Below are positions 39,266 to 53,124 of a DNA stretch of 64,000 bases, piece by piece. Each line of letters begins with the position of its first letter. The first letter of the stretch is position 1. The stretch is taken from the NCBI RefSeq assembly GCF_036321535.1, contig NC_087437.1, positions 44,890,001 through 44,954,000 on the forward strand, read 5' to 3'. The stretch is from Camelus dromedarius. Lineage: Eukaryota. Made by a program: the position numbers and the translations under genes. The notes under the pieces are model-generated. The model was given only the letters and a program-made list of their open reading frames with translations, was not told the DNA's origin and did no database searches.

Positions 39266-39589
39266 CCCTTAGTCAGAGGAACGTCCTTTGGTCCTTTTGC
39301 TACCAACGTTCATATCAGAATGACTTCCAGTAAATTACACAAGCAAATAGGAAAGCGATGACAAGCAAAAATCATCTCAAAATGAAAAAAAGCAATACAA
39401 ATGCTACATAGGATCATTTTCAAAGTATTTTCAAACCGAAGTTGTATTTCAACTTCAAATTACAGGACATTTCTAGTCAAGTGAAAGGAGCCAGCAGACA
39501 CATCACAACATATGGTAACATATCATGCTCTCAGAAAGGAGGATAACAATTCTTTTTATAATATTTTTTCTTGAAAAACAGAATACTCC

Positions 39590-39830
39590 ATGATGAGCAT
39601 ACATTTTTGAGCCAGAAAGATCAGGCTTCTAATTCCGGCCTCTCATTCACTTGCTTGATGATCTGTGGCAATATTGTTGATTTAATCAATTCTCAGCTTC
39701 TATGAAATGGACATGACAATACAAGGTTTGGTGAATATTAAATGAGATAATTATGTAAAGGGCCCAGCAGTATCTGGAACATTGAAGTAGTGTCTCAATA
39801 ATCAGTTCCTATTTACTGGTGTTCTTATTC
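39590..39830 (+). mobile_element. MIR SINE
   Basis: attaaatgagataattatgtaaagggcccagcagtatctggaacattg. Confidence 0.7.
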
Positions 39831-40023
39831 GTAGCAGTAATTAGTAGTAGTAATAAATTGAACACTTACCAGGATATGTTTAGCCAGACTATTTTTGGTG
39901 GGATGAATACATTCTGTAAGTTTAACTGATGTGGAATCTCCCTTTTGACATCATGATTGTGAAGTGTTTGTATTGCTCCATTGAGATGCTCTCTTCTGAG
40001 ATGGGCTCATGTATCTTTACCAG

Positions 40024-40222
40024 GCGATCAGCCGGACACCCCTCAGCTGCTGGCCCCAGCCTCACGCCTTCGAGAGAGCGCTGAGCTCTTCCAGTCTGAC
40101 GAGATGCGTCCTGCTAACGATCCCGAGGAGAGAGCTCCCGTCCGCGTGCGGATGCTCAATGACATTCTCCAGGACATGGAGAAGAGCTTCCTGGTGCAGC
40201 ACGCACCACCAGGCTTTTACAG
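40024..40222 (+). CDS. NAALADL2: NAALADL2 internal coding exon (probably exon 13), 199 nt: (G)DQPDTPQLLAPASRLRESAELFQSDEMRPANDPEERAPVRVRMLNDILQDMEKSFLVQHAPPGFY(R)
   Basis: Acceptor tctttaccag at 40014-40023 and donor AG|gtagga at 40223. The RMLND..MEKSFL..PPGFYR motif is typical of the TfR/PSMA-like helical dimerisation domain of the M28B family. Phase is compatible with the exon at 26764-26857. Confidence 0.96.
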
Positions 40223-40519
40223 GTAGGATGTTCATCTCAAAGTTTCTGTTTTGATACCCCCCTCAACTTTTTGTGTCTGACTTTCAGAATATGTATCTTT
40301 TATGAACATAACATGATATTTTTAGTGTGAAGCAGTTATTATGTCTACAATTTGAGGACCATCCTCCTCTCCCAAAGAAAAGTTCAATTGCATAAATATA
40401 GAACAAGGAAAATGTTATGTTTTCTTTACATCTATAGATACTCTCTATAGCTATATGATACTCATTTAGTCATATTATATAAAAAAAGACTAAGAATTTA
40501 TTTTACCTTAAAATCAATG

Positions 40520-41595
40520 TAAATCAAATGTATATAGCTACTGAAAAACCAAATGGGTTTATAGGTTGTATTAGAAGAAATGTGCTTTCTTGAATTACTC
40601 CGTTCCAGTAGTCCACTTATAGAGCATTGTATTTAATTCTAGAAACTACATTTTAAGAGGGAGTGAAATATGTTTAATCTTCAGGGGAGAATGGGAGTCA
40701 GATGATGGATCTTGAAACAACCAGGGGATTAGACATATTTGCTTAGAGGGTCACAATAGAGTGATTTCTGAAAACATTTTAACAATTTTAACAAATATTT
40801 CAATTAAACAATGTTCATATAGAAGAGGGATTCAATTTATGCTCTTAGAGGGGGATACAAATAAATGGTTTTGTTTTTGAGGTTCCTGATACAGCAGAAA
40901 TTAAACAAAGAGGTGAAAATGGAATTTCAAAGATGATAGCATGTTTTAAACATTGGATTCCTCTACAAGACATAAAATATAAATACACATGCCTTTCTTG
41001 TAACAGATGCACATATGTGTGCATATGTATAACAATTTAAGGTATGCATATGTGCATGTGTGTATATATGTACTTTTTGATATATGAATATATAAACACA
41101 ATAGGTGCATATTATATATATATGTGTGTATATATATATGTATATATATATAGTGTCTAGTTCAGGATTCATCATGAGAAAAGGCAGGAGACAAAGAGGT
41201 GTTGGAGGAAGATTAAAGCAGGAAGACTATTTGGCCCAGAACTCTCTTCATAAAGGTACTCAAATTTAGACTTTTATACTACGTCATTTATATGTAACAT
41301 ATATATATTATAGATAAATATATAAAAAATAATACCTTGGACTACACATACTGTGTGCGACCAAAGGATGTAACTAGGACTAAAGGACTGAAACATAGGA
41401 ATACAGATCTTAATTACATCTGAGGAAAAATTTTCTAACAAGTAGTTTTTTATAGAAACGAAATGTGATACTTTCACAGGGTGGAGGAGGTCATTGCCAC
41501 TGAGGTATTAAATCAGGCTGAGCAGACTTCAGCACCTGAATATTTGGGCTCCATGAGGTTTAAGATGCCTTTTAGTACCAAAATTCTGTGATCTG
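40520..41595 (+). mobile_element. L3/CR1 3' fragments, interrupted by an AT-rich microsatellite region
   Basis: CR1-like RT remnants and the terminal attctgtgatct at ~41583-41594. Confidence 0.55.
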
Positions 41596-42021
41596 ACAAA
41601 TCACTTGATTCTTGTACACCTATAAAATAGAGATGATTTGGCGTGAGACCCTTTTATAATAGGAAACTTTCTGTACTTCTGATACTTGGTGATTTTCCTT
41701 TATGATTTTAAACTCATATTTGCATTTAGAATCTTTATTTTCTATCATTTTTAAACATATCATAAGACTTTGGAAAACATCCCTTTAGTACAACAGACAT
41801 TCTTAAGGCTCTTTATCTGCTCCATGTACTCTTGTAAGCACCAGGGACATTGCAGTTGCCTCAAGTTAAAATTATCTTCCCTGATGAGGTCATACTCTAG
41901 TGGTAGGGATGGGAGAACAGAATGAATAAGGTAAGTAAGTAAAATATAGTGTCTGGTAGGTGCAATAATTGCTAAATAGAAATATTAAGCCATGTTATTA
42001 AATCAAGCATTATTAAAAGTT

Positions 42022-42140
42022 CTTTTGGGGGGGGGTGGAATTAGATTTATTTATTTATTTTTAATGGAGGTACTGGGGATTGAACCCAAGACCTTATGCA
42101 TGCTAAGCATGTGCTCAGCTGCTAAGCTATACCCTCCCCC
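42022..42140 (-). mobile_element. tRNA-derived SINE, camelid Vic-1-like
   Basis: The minus strand reads GGGGAGGGTATAGCTTAGC...GGGTTCAATCCCCAGTACCTCC (A and B boxes), then an (AAAT)n tail; near-TSD aaaagt(t)cttt. Confidence 0.85.
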
Positions 42141-43687
42141 CAAAAAGTCTTTATTAGAGTAGATAAATTACATGTTTAGAATATATTATATAACTTCCAT
42201 TTCCTTTACTTTTAACTTATGAAAAACTCAGAAATTAGTATCATACAGTAAGGATATAATTTTATATATTATGATATAGTAAACTCTCCCCATTTGCCTG
42301 TTTTGGCATGTGCACTGAATACAGAAGACCCCTCTGTGGTCTCTTATGTGTCTACTAACCTTTTATTATCCTTTCAGTAATTTTTGTGGACTTAGTTTAC
42401 TTTAGCACTTGCATTTTGAGTAGAAAAGCAAGTATTTGTCTTGCCCTGAGTTAACAATGATTAAGCAAGTGATGATTTTCCTGTTACTAATATGATTGCA
42501 GCCTACCTTGTCTTCCAGTGTGTAAGGCCCAAAATGTTGATTATGATAGTGTTCTAACTCATATAACAAACTAAAATTGAAAGCTTGTGGTTCACTATTT
42601 TGGCATTATTTTAAGCTCTTCCTATAGTTATTGAGAAAAAATACACGTCTGCCATTCTTCTCCTTGTCTCTATTAATTCATATATATGCCAACCGTGCAG
42701 ATAGATTAAAAAGCTTCATTTTGATTTATCTGACTGACCTTTATCCCAAGATTGTCATGAATTTTTACTTTATTTCTGAAATAGATAATAAATCATCCTA
42801 TTCTATGCTTTTCCTTGGTAGAGAATTCACATTTCTAAATATTATGGATGCAAAAATTTCAAATTTACAATAGACTTTCTACTTTCAAATCTCATAAGCC
42901 CTTCCTTTATGGGAGGGGAAATTTTCAAAGTAAAAAGATGAGTGTGATGGGATACAGAGTTTGAGAAAATGGAAAAATTGATTATACATAATGACAACTA
43001 TATGGAGAAAAGATAAAATTGTTAATTACATTGTACAAAAGAACATTTGATGAACATGGTTCAACTTTTTAAAAATCTTAAACAACCTTTAGGGATATAA
43101 TTCATTTCAGAATGTCACTCTTCAAACCAATGGTGTTACAACAATTCTCATCAAATATACAAGGAGGAAGTCAAAAGTGATTTGCTTTTTAAGAAAATTG
43201 TTGACAGGAAGTTCACTGTATAAAGCTAAATGTTGCATTTGAATTTCAGTCATGTCTTAAAGGATACTACCTCGAAACAAAAGTGTCACTAAACACTGAA
43301 ATATATTATTTCTGGAATATATGAAAGAATTTTCTCCATTATTTGGCATCAGAAGATTCAAAAAGATTTTGAGTCCTATGATGTTAAATCTAAAAATGAC
43401 TGTCATTCTTATAAATAAATCCACACACTGATGGAAACTGGCTGTATAAGGTCCCTACCTTCAAGGAGTTTAATCTAATTCAAGAGGTAAAATATGTAAG
43501 TCATAATTCATGTAAATTTCCAGGATACGCATGCAGAGTGCCCAATGAATGCTACAGGCAAGAAGTGCTGTTAGGATTCATTGAGGAGATAAATTATTAC
43601 CTGGTCACAGCCAAAAAACAATCCTAGGGAAAGAGAGAAATTTATCTGGGCTTCAGGAAATGGTAGGATGCCCAATAAGTTAGGGAG

Positions 43688-44030
43688 TGCTATAGACCGA
43701 ATGTTTTTGTCTTCCCAGAATTCATGCATTGAAACCTAATGATAATATTAGGAGGTGAGGGTCTTTGGGAAATGATTAGGTACTGAGGGCAGAGCCCTTA
43801 TGAATGGGATTAGCACCCTTTTATAAGAGACTCCCGAGAGCTCCCTCACCCCTTCTGCCTTGTGAGGACAAAGCCATCCGTGGACCAGGAAGCAGACTCT
43901 CTGCAGACGCTGAATCTGCCAACACCTTGGTCTCGGACTCCCCAGCCTCCAGAACTGTGAGAAATCAATTAGTTTTGTTTGTAAGCCACCCAGTCTAGAG
44001 TGTTCTGTTACAGCAGCCCAAACTAAGACA
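43688..44030 (+). mobile_element. MLT1A-like MaLR solo LTR inserted in L2
   Basis: TG...CA termini with a perfect 5-bp TSD gggag (43683-43687 and 44031-44035); MLT1 motif cagcctccagaactgtgagaaat. Confidence 0.92.
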
Positions 44031-45149
44031 GGGAGCGTTACCTGGAGAGGACAGTTGGAGAAAGACACAAAGGACAGGTTGTGTTGGTGTGCTGGGGATT
44101 GGCAAACAGAAAATGGAATAGTTTGAATGATTATTCAGTTCATGACTCAGGAGAGGTAGGAAGAAATCAGGCTGCAGTCCTGTAAGTGCTCTCTTAAGAG
44201 GTCTGGGCTTTATCTTTTACACAAAAGAAGCCACGAAGAAATAAATTTGTATTAGATTTATCTGGTGCTCCAGACAGGGTGCACTGGAGTTGCAAAGTCA
44301 GGAAGACCAAGGGTGTACAAGAGGCATGGGGTGCTGAGAACACGTTTTGGCACACTGGTGTCAGGAAAAAAGAACAAAGAGCTGGTTTGGGAGATGCTAT
44401 TAAGGAAGCACTGGTGAATTTACTGAATGAAAGGCTGTGGGACTCTTACTTCGATTTTTTTTTTTTTTTAGGTTTCCCATGGAGCGAGGCAGGTGAGGCA
44501 GGTAATGCAGGGTTGAGTAGTGCAGAGAGTCTCCATTTTGTTCATTTCTCTAGCTGGTTAGTTAAGGCATTCAGCACCTCTGGGTCTCTGTGTAATTATA
44601 TTTTAATCTGTTGATAAAGATAATTTCTAAAGTCCTTTCCAGTTCTAAGAATCTGATTCAATGCACATTTGCTACATTAAGTCTCACAACCTGTACAGTC
44701 AAGTGGAATTCTTCTAATCCTGAGTGAGGGGGCTGTGACAGACTGAGATGGCATAATGAAAAGCTGCCAAGTGCTACAGAGGTGTGGAGCTTGGTGGGCA
44801 GTGGGGAGCAGATGAAATGATGTATATCATCAGGGACCATCTAACTGAAAGCGTGTTGGAAACTACAAAGCAATGCAAAAATACTACTGCTAATAAAACC
44901 CAGCAGTGTAAAATCTCATTGCCCCCGAGTAAGGAGGAGATTATGTATTTTCTTAAGAATTCTGAATCTTCTCTCTCCCTCCTTTACTATGATCTACTAT
45001 GCTCGACTGTGCCAGGGGACTGGCATATCTGGAGATGAGATCTTGTGGTATCTGTCTTTTGTTGTTGGATTTCTTTTAACTCCCTGTAGTTATTACTCTG
45101 CAAAGACGAAGTAAGCAGTATGACCCAGTGACCTATGCATTCTCCACTA

Positions 45150-46565
45150 AAACATATATTTAAAAAATAGAGCAGAAAGTACAGAGTTCCCATATAACCC
45201 TCCACACACACAGTCCCCTCATCTCCCAACACAGGTTAGCCCTATTAACATCCTACATTATTGTAGAACAGTATTGCAGTTGATGAGCCAATATTGATGC
45301 ATTACTAACTAAAGTCCATAGTTTTTTAGGGTTTCCTTTTTGTTTTTTTATTCTGTGGATTTTGACAATTGTCTAATGGCATGTAGTCACCATTTCAGTA
45401 TCATAAAGAATAGTTTCACTGCCCTAAAAATCAGTGCTCCACCGAGCCATCTTTTCCTCCCTCCTCCCAGAGCCTCTGGCAATCACTGATCTTTCTACTG
45501 CCTCCACAGTTTTGGCTTTTCTAGAATGTCATATAGTTTGAATCATACAGCATGTAACCTTTTCATATTGGCTTCATTGCTTAGCAATATGAATTTAAGT
45601 TTCCTCCATATGAATGTATTTTTTAATCACTGAATGGTATTCCATTGTACAGATGCACCAGTTTGTTTATCCATTCACCTAGTGAAGGACATCTTATTTG
45701 TGTTCAGATTTTGACAATTTTAAACAAATCTGTAAGTGCATTTGTGGGCAGGTGGATGTACAATTTCAACTCATTTGGGTAAATACCAAGGAGCATGACT
45801 GCTGGATCATGTGGTAAGTCTATGTTTAGCTTTGTAAAAAAACTGTCAGACTGTCTCCAAAAGTGGCTAAACCACTTTGCATTTCCACTAGCAGTGAATA
45901 GGACTTGCTGGTTGTGCCGCATCCTTGTCAGCATTTGTTGTTGTCAGTGTCACGGATTTCAGCCGTTCTAATAGATGTGGATTGGTAGCTCATTGTTTTA
46001 ATTTGCGAGTCCCTAATGACATATGATGTTCGACATCTTTTTATATACTTACTTTCCATCTGAATGTCTTCCTTGGTGAGGGGTTTGTTCAGATCTTTTG
46101 CCAAGCTTTTAAATGATCCGTGTTCTTATTGTTGAGTTTTAAGAGTTCTCTTTATATTTTGGGTAACAATCCTTTATCAGATATGTATACTGCAGATATG
46201 TTCTCCCAGTCTGTGTCTTGTCTTTTCCTTCTCTTAAGAATGCCTTTCGCAGAGCACAAGTTTTAAATTTTAATGAAATCAGTTTATCAAATTTATTTTC
46301 AGGGATTGTGCTTTTGGTGTTATATCTTAAAACAGATCATCCAACCCAAGGTCACCTAGATTTTCTCCTCTGTGGTGTCCTCTAGGTATTTTATAATTTC
46401 GTGTTTTACATTTAGATTGCTGATCCATTTTGAGTTAAATTTCGTGAAAGATGTAAGGCCTCTGTCTAGATTCATTATCTTTGCATGTGGATGTCCAGTC
46501 GTCCCAGCATGATTTGTTGAAAAGACTATTCTTTTTCATTGAATTGCCTTTCCTCTTTTGCCAAA
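45150..46565 (-). mobile_element. Old L1 (L1MC-like) 3' fragment
   Basis: 3'UTR gatgagccaatattgat...taaagtccatag plus decayed ORF2 C-terminus (ORF 45704-45934). Confidence 0.85.
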
Positions 46566-46639
46566 CAGTATGCTTTCACTATCAGCAGCTCACCTGTCCA
46601 TAGCAGAATAGCTTTCAGAATTAAGAGCACCATGTGGCA

Positions 46640-46900
46640 ACAGCATCGTAGGAAAACCACTGGACTGGGGATTTATAAAAGTGGGAAGGGGATTCGAGGA
46701 GGAACACTTGTCTTTTCCTATTGATGTGACTTAGAACAAGCTAATTCACCACTCAGTCAGTTTCTCATTTCTAAAACAGAAAATCTCAAAGAGCTATTCA
46801 CACAAGGATTAATTTAGAAAAAGTTAGGACACAATTAGATAAAATGAGGATAAAATGTGAGAAGATAATTTATAAACTATAGAATCCTATACAAATATTA
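46640..46900 (+). mobile_element. MIR SINE
   Basis: tgtgacttagaacaag...cagtttctcatttctaaaa. Confidence 0.6.
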
Positions 46901-47194
46901 CAAAATAAAAGTAACTTTTATACCATTCTGCTCTTTTTACTTGGACTCTGGTAGTGTTCTGGATTCCAAAGCTGCTTCCCACCTCTCTTAAAAACCCAAC
47001 GACACAAGTTCTTCTTCCCCAAGGCCACTGCAGTGAGGTATTTCTTTCATTTTTAATTTTCAATATACAGTCCCTTCCCTTCAGTAGTTGCTCAAAGCTT
47101 ACCTATTGAGTGATCGCAACGTCTTGTAGAAAATAGTGTTGGGGCAAAATGGAATTAAATATGCAGTTTTTAGAGTAAATATATTTAAAAGTAA

Positions 47195-47206
47195 TCTGAA
47201 AAAATA

Positions 47207-47240
<34 letters not shown>

Positions 47241-47320
47241 ACTGAATTGCTTTGCTGTACACATGAAACTAACATTGTGAATCAATGACACTTTAACTAA
47301 AAATCAGAATTATAAAAAGA
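47195..47320 (+). mobile_element. Short L1 3' end with (TA)n
   Basis: (TA)n followed by actgaattgctttgctgtacacatgaaactaacattgtgaatcaa and an A-rich tail. Confidence 0.75.
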
Positions 47321-49919
47321 AATAGCATTAGATTCCAGAATAGAAGTGGGCACTTTAAATGACAAGCCTTTTCCAGTAGAAGAATCTTCTCTCAAACCAT
47401 TTTCTTCAGGTGTTCAGGAAACTCTACTGCAAACATCATACTTTTCTGGGAAAGATTTTCTCACTTTTTAAGTTTTAAAGTTTGAACCACTTTTTAGATT
47501 TTTGGCATCAACCATTTCATGCTTAAAATTTAATATGCTATGAATATGCATTCTTCCTAGCTTATTTTAGCAAATTTCAGTGAAATTCCTGGCCTTGCCA
47601 CAAATTGTTGCAACGCTTCAGGGCATGAATTCTGGAGGCTGTTGTTGTGTCTCTGTAGCTCCTTTCTTCCCGTGCCCCGTACCAGCCTAAAAAGTCTTAA
47701 ACACAGGAGAGCACTAATTATTGCCATCTCTTTTATTTAAAGTGTTTGGACTAAACTGCTAAGACATAGGAAGATTTTAGATTTTTAACTTTTAGTGTAC
47801 CAGTAGAAAATCATGGGATACTAAAACTTCTCTTGGCAAAAAGATGATTGGCAAAGGTTTTCTATTAATAGGCAACTTCAACATATGAGTGCAAAATATA
47901 TCAGCATGACCTTACATTGACACATCAGGATAGATTATCTGCATAAAATCCCATGTTCAGTCTCTCTACACATTTAAAGAGACAGCAGTGAAACAGTAAA
48001 AGGTAATAAAGGTTTCCCTCCCTCCCCATCATGATTACTCACACACAGACACACACACACTGCTGCACTAGTAGCCGGGATTAGGTGGGATTACCGGGTA
48101 ATTTTACCAAAGGACAGGAAATCTGGTGCGGTTTTAGGAGAATAAGAGGCCCACCTGCTGCGTTTGTTTTGCGGTGGTTTTGATTGGAGGGTGTGGGGAA
48201 TTGAGAAGGAAGCTGACCCGAGCAGGTGTTTAGTGCAGGCTGCTAAGCAGCAATGGGACTCTGGGAAAGGAAACACCCTCAAGCACCACATTCAAAATAA
48301 ATTAAAGGCTAATTATTATCTTTAAAGCACAACTATTAGTTATGCTGCATGTCGTCCTATTATTTTTTCTAAATACGTGGTATTTCAACCATATCATGGT
48401 TAAGTAGTCTGTGAAGGGCCATCTAACTACATTTGTGACTACATTTATAATACGGCTTTGGGAAGATGCTTCTGAGTGCCAAACAATGGCTTTAATCTGG
48501 AGTTTGGGAAACACGCTCATTGGCAAATTGGATGACAGCATGTGCTCGTGTGTGGGTCTTTGGCTTCATGTCCTTATAAAAGCAGGTTCAGTATAAAGGG
48601 TGTCCTTTCCAAGATAGCTGGAATGGCCTTGTGGAAAGTTCACAGGACAGTTTCAAGCCAATCCAAGCCAAGACAAGTTTTTGTTAGCATCCTTAAGAGC
48701 AAGAAAATAGCAGTGTAAATGTCAAGATGCTTCCGCCTTGAGCCAAGAATAAACAGAGCAAGCAATCCATTAAAAGTACTTTTCAAACACAGAAGCTCCC
48801 CAAACTTTGCTTTTGAAAGATATTAGAACTGGTTTACACTTACGCAATCAGTGACATTAGACAAAACTATTATAAAATACATTTCTCAGTTATTCTATGA
48901 TCAGGTTTCCAGCTATATATTCCATTCAGACATTTCATTTTAAGAATTTTAAGACATCGAGACCCAACCCCCCCCCCCAAATTGTAGAATAACAGTGATC
49001 TCGTTATACAGTTTTCATGGTGCTTTAATTAGACTTATGTAAGTACTAACAGAACGTCACGTTCAGTGTTTGATTCGGGTAATAACTACTTTCTTCTGGT
49101 TGTACTTTTTGTTAAGCGAGGTGTGGGTGGTCTGAATGGAGCTAAAATCCCACCATTGTCTCTATTGTCATTAATTGAATCAGCAATGCCTCTGATTTCT
49201 TTCAGCTCTGAAAAAAGTAACTAGTGATTAAGAATTACCATATTGCTTTTAAAATATTTTAATAGCAGCCAGTTACTGAAAAGAATCTATGTATGAATAC
49301 AGGGTTCTATAATCTACACAATGTAAAATTTCCAAAAAAGGGTTGAAGACCTGGCTCATATACAAGATTTTTATAACACTGATCATTATATACATCCCCT
49401 TTTACCCTTTTATAAATAAATATGTGTATTAGCTTTATAATCATATATCCCTCTCATACTTTAAAGTTTCTACTTCTAAAGGGAGTAAAAACAGGCTCCC
49501 AAATTTTAAAAGAAACCAAAGTAATAACCTGAAATCCCAGCCTTTTTCAGTAGCTCATTTTGTTATTATTAAAATAAAGAGTGTACCCCATTGTGACAGA
49601 TAACGTTCACTACAATTTGATTAGACATTGAAACACTTGTTTAAAAAATTTTCCATTGACGACAACCACTCTATCAAGCTGATTAGTCTGGAATCAAGTC
49701 TGCTAGTACCAAAACAGAAATCCATGTGTGCACAACTGTTTGGATTTTATAAAAATATGTCTTTCAGTTTTGAGGTTTCTTTCCATCTACAGTGGGAAAA
49801 ATTTACTGTTGCCATATTTTCAAGTCAAGACACATTGCCAGTCTGAGGGTGAGTTGTGACTTTACGGTATTTTTCATAGCATTAAGACCAACAATAGTAC
49901 TTTTCACAGAGGAGGACCC

Positions 49920-50115
49920 AGTTCATACCAGGCACTGTGCTGTACATTTTTATGTTACCTGTAACCCTTCTAACAAAATTGCAGGTTTGGTCTTAGTATC
50001 CTCTTTATACATTTAAGAAAACTGAAGCTTTGGAAAGGTTCTTGCGTGGTAGAAAAGGGATTTGAACCTGGTTTGTTTCTCTAAAACCACTACTCTTTCT
50101 ACCAGACAGGACTGC
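49920..50115 (-). mobile_element. MIR SINE
   Basis: ccaggcactgtgc...aagaaaactgaagctt...gggatttgaacctgg. Confidence 0.75.
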
Positions 50116-51097
50116 ACACATCTGATTAAAATTATCCCTAGTCTGTTCATAGGTCATCAATAAATTTATATTTTGGTGTAGAGGTAGCTGCGTATTAAAT
50201 AGGTTCAATTTTCATAAAGGCTTAAATTTCATTTACTCTACATTTGCAGAATTATATCTCCTAACCCTGATGGGTTGTAAAAGCACATTTGTTAGGCACC
50301 AAATTTATCCCTACTTCTGGAAAAAAAGATATGTCCCACTGTCCTCAATCAGTAAAATTATCTTGTCTCCAACTGTTGCTTACCCTTTCACGTTTCCATA
50401 AATCTTACAGGCAGTTAAAAGGAGAGAGACTTCTGCTAAATCTCATATATCATAGTTAGAGATGTTTTTATGTTAAAAATAAAAAACAGTACAGTATAGT
50501 GGAGGAATCAACAGACTGGGAATTTAGAAATATGGGCTTAGATCTAAAAGGGCCATTGATCGAGTAATCCTACAAGTCACTTCAAGTTCCATGACATTCG
50601 TTCTTTTAATTAAGTAAAAAATAATAAACTGGCAGATCTCTCAGATAATGGAAATATTAGTTGAGGAAGTATTTACAGCATGATTCTGAATTCTTCTAAA
50701 AATAATTTTTGAAATAATTTTTTCAATGAGGGAAAAAAATAAAATCTAGATTCTCTTTGAAACCATGTGAAACATTTAGCACTTCTCTCCTTTATCATAT
50801 CACCTTTTTAGCTATCATCAGTACAACATATTTTGGCCTCTCCATGTGTATAAATATCTTGCTGATTTAATATTATTCAAAGAGAATTAAGAGAAAGGGT
50901 CATGGTTGATACTTTCTTTGTACACACTGAAGCAGTGAATGTTTAATTTTGCTACGTAGTGAAACTATTTTAAAATACTTGATTGCTGTATAGATGAAAT
51001 GTTTAATAGATCAAATGCTCAGGAATCATTTTACATTTGCCAATATCTACATTATGAGTAGCAAGATTGTCTTCTTACAATAAGACAGCAGGTCTTT

Positions 51098-52265
51098 CTT
51101 ACTGAAGTATATTTGATTTACAATGTTGTGCTAGTTTCTGGCATACAGCATAGTGATTCAGTTATACTTATATACTTTTTCAGTTTCTTTTTCATTATTG
51201 TTTATTACAAGATATTGAATATAGCTCCCTGTGTTATACAGTATGACCTTGTTGTTTATCTATTTTATATATAGTAGTTTGTATCTGCTAATCCAAAACT
51301 CCCAATTTATCCCCCCCCCTTCTCCTTTGGTAACCATAAATTTGTTTTCTGTGTCTGTTTCTGTTTTGTAAATAAGTTCATTTGTATCATTTCTTTTTAG
51401 ATTCTACATAGAAGTGATATCATATATTTGTCTTTGTCTGACTTACTTCACTTCGTATGATAATCTCTAGGTGCCCACATGTTGCTTCAAATGGCATTAT
51501 TTCATTCCTTTTCATGGCTGAGTAGTATTCCATTGTGTATCTATATGTGTATACATGTGTTTTTTATATATATAACTTTATCCAGCCATCTGTTGATGGG
51601 CCTTTAGGTTGCTTCCATGTCTTGGTTATTGTAAACAGTGCTGCTATGACCATTGGGGTGTATGTGTCTTTTTAAATTAGAGTTTTCTCTAGATATATGC
51701 CCAGGATTGGGATTTTGGGGTCATATGGTATAAGTTATAGTTTTTTAAGGAATCTCCATGCTGTTCTCCATAGTGGCTACACCAAATTATAGCCCAACCA
51801 ATAGTGTAGGAGGGTCCCTTTTCTCCACAACCTCTCCAGCTTTTATTGTTCGTGGATTTTTTAATGATGGCAATTCTGGCAGGTATGAGGTGATACCTCA
51901 TTGTAGTTTTGATTTGCATTTCTCTGATAGTGATGCTGAGCATCTTTCCACATCCCTATTGGCCATCTGTATGTCTTCATTGAAGAAATGTCTTTTTAAG
52001 TCTTCTGCCCATTTTTTGACTGGGTTGTTTGTTTTTTGTTGTTGTTATTATTGAGTCATATTAACTGTATAGTTTGGAAATTAAGCCCTTGTCAGTCACA
52101 TCGTTTGCAAATATTTCCTTCCATTCTGTCACTTGTCTTTTTGTTTTGTTTATGGTTTCCTTTGCTGTGCAAAAGTTTAAACATATAATTAGGTTCTGTT
52201 TGTTTATTTTTGCTTTTATTTCTATTGCCTTTGGAGACTGACCTAGGATAACATTGCTATGATTT
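51098..52265 (-). mobile_element. 5'-truncated L1 (~1.2 kb) with TSD
   Basis: 18-bp TSD ataagacagcag(g/a)tcttt at 51080-51097 and 52266-52283; ORF2 C-terminal peptide [13 protein letters not shown]. Confidence 0.93.
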
Positions 52266-52619
52266 ATAAGACAGCAGATCTTTAGAAGAAACTAAGCAAA
52301 CAACCAAATAAACATGTAATTAAAAACTTTAAAAATGTGTAGAAGTGAAGAAACAGGACTTTTTCTTTTAAGTTAGCCAAATTGGGGGAGAGCAACTTGG
52401 GTTGAGATTAGAATTAGACAAAGGCCTATAGAGCATGAAGAAGTGGGGTTAGATGTAATTTTCAGTGTATTTGAAATCTGAGTCTAAACAGAGGGTAACA
52501 TAATTTTATCTATCTATTCTTTCATCCATCCATCCTTGTCTGCTACGTGGAGAAGAGATTGTAAACGTAATGAAAGAAATGGAGAAATTAAAAATGATAT
52601 GATAGTTTAATGATCTAAG

Positions 52620-53110
52620 AGTATCAGGGTTCTCCAGAGAGGAAGAAACAAGAGGATGGATCAGGGATGGATGGAGGTTGGATGGATGGATGGATAGATA
52701 GATTGAATGATTTAAAGAAATTGGGTCCTGTGAGTGTGGAGACTAGAAAGTCCAAAATTTGCAGGGCAGAAAGGCTGGAAATCAGGGAAGAGTTGATGTT
52801 ACTGTCTTAAGTCTGAAATTTGTAAGGCAGGCTGCCAGCAGGCTGGGAATTCAAAATGGATTCCTATACCAGAGTCTTGAGGCAGAATTCCTTTTTCTCG
52901 ATGAAACCTCAGTTTTTGCTCTTAAGAACCTCAATTGATTAAATGAATCCCATTCACATAATCAAGAATAATCTACTTTATTTAAAGTCAGTTGATTGTA
53001 AATTTTAATTATATATACAAAGTGCCTTCATAACAACATAGAGATCAGTGTTTGACCCAACAACTGGGCAGCATGGCCTAGCCAAGCTGACACATAAAAT
53101 TAACCATCAT
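52620..53110 (-). mobile_element. MLT2 (ERVL) solo LTR within an L2 remnant
   Basis: tcagggttctccagaga...(ggat)n...ggcctagccaagctgacacataaaattaaccatca. Confidence 0.88.
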
Positions 53111-53124
53111 CAGAGATCATATTT

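Noticed and set aside
39981..40226. 81-aa ORF as a standalone gene
   Set aside because: It is the NAALADL2 exon plus intronic flank; splice sites define the real unit.
42060..42140. tRNA gene
   Set aside because: It has A/B boxes but also a SINE tail and TSD, and no intact cloverleaf.
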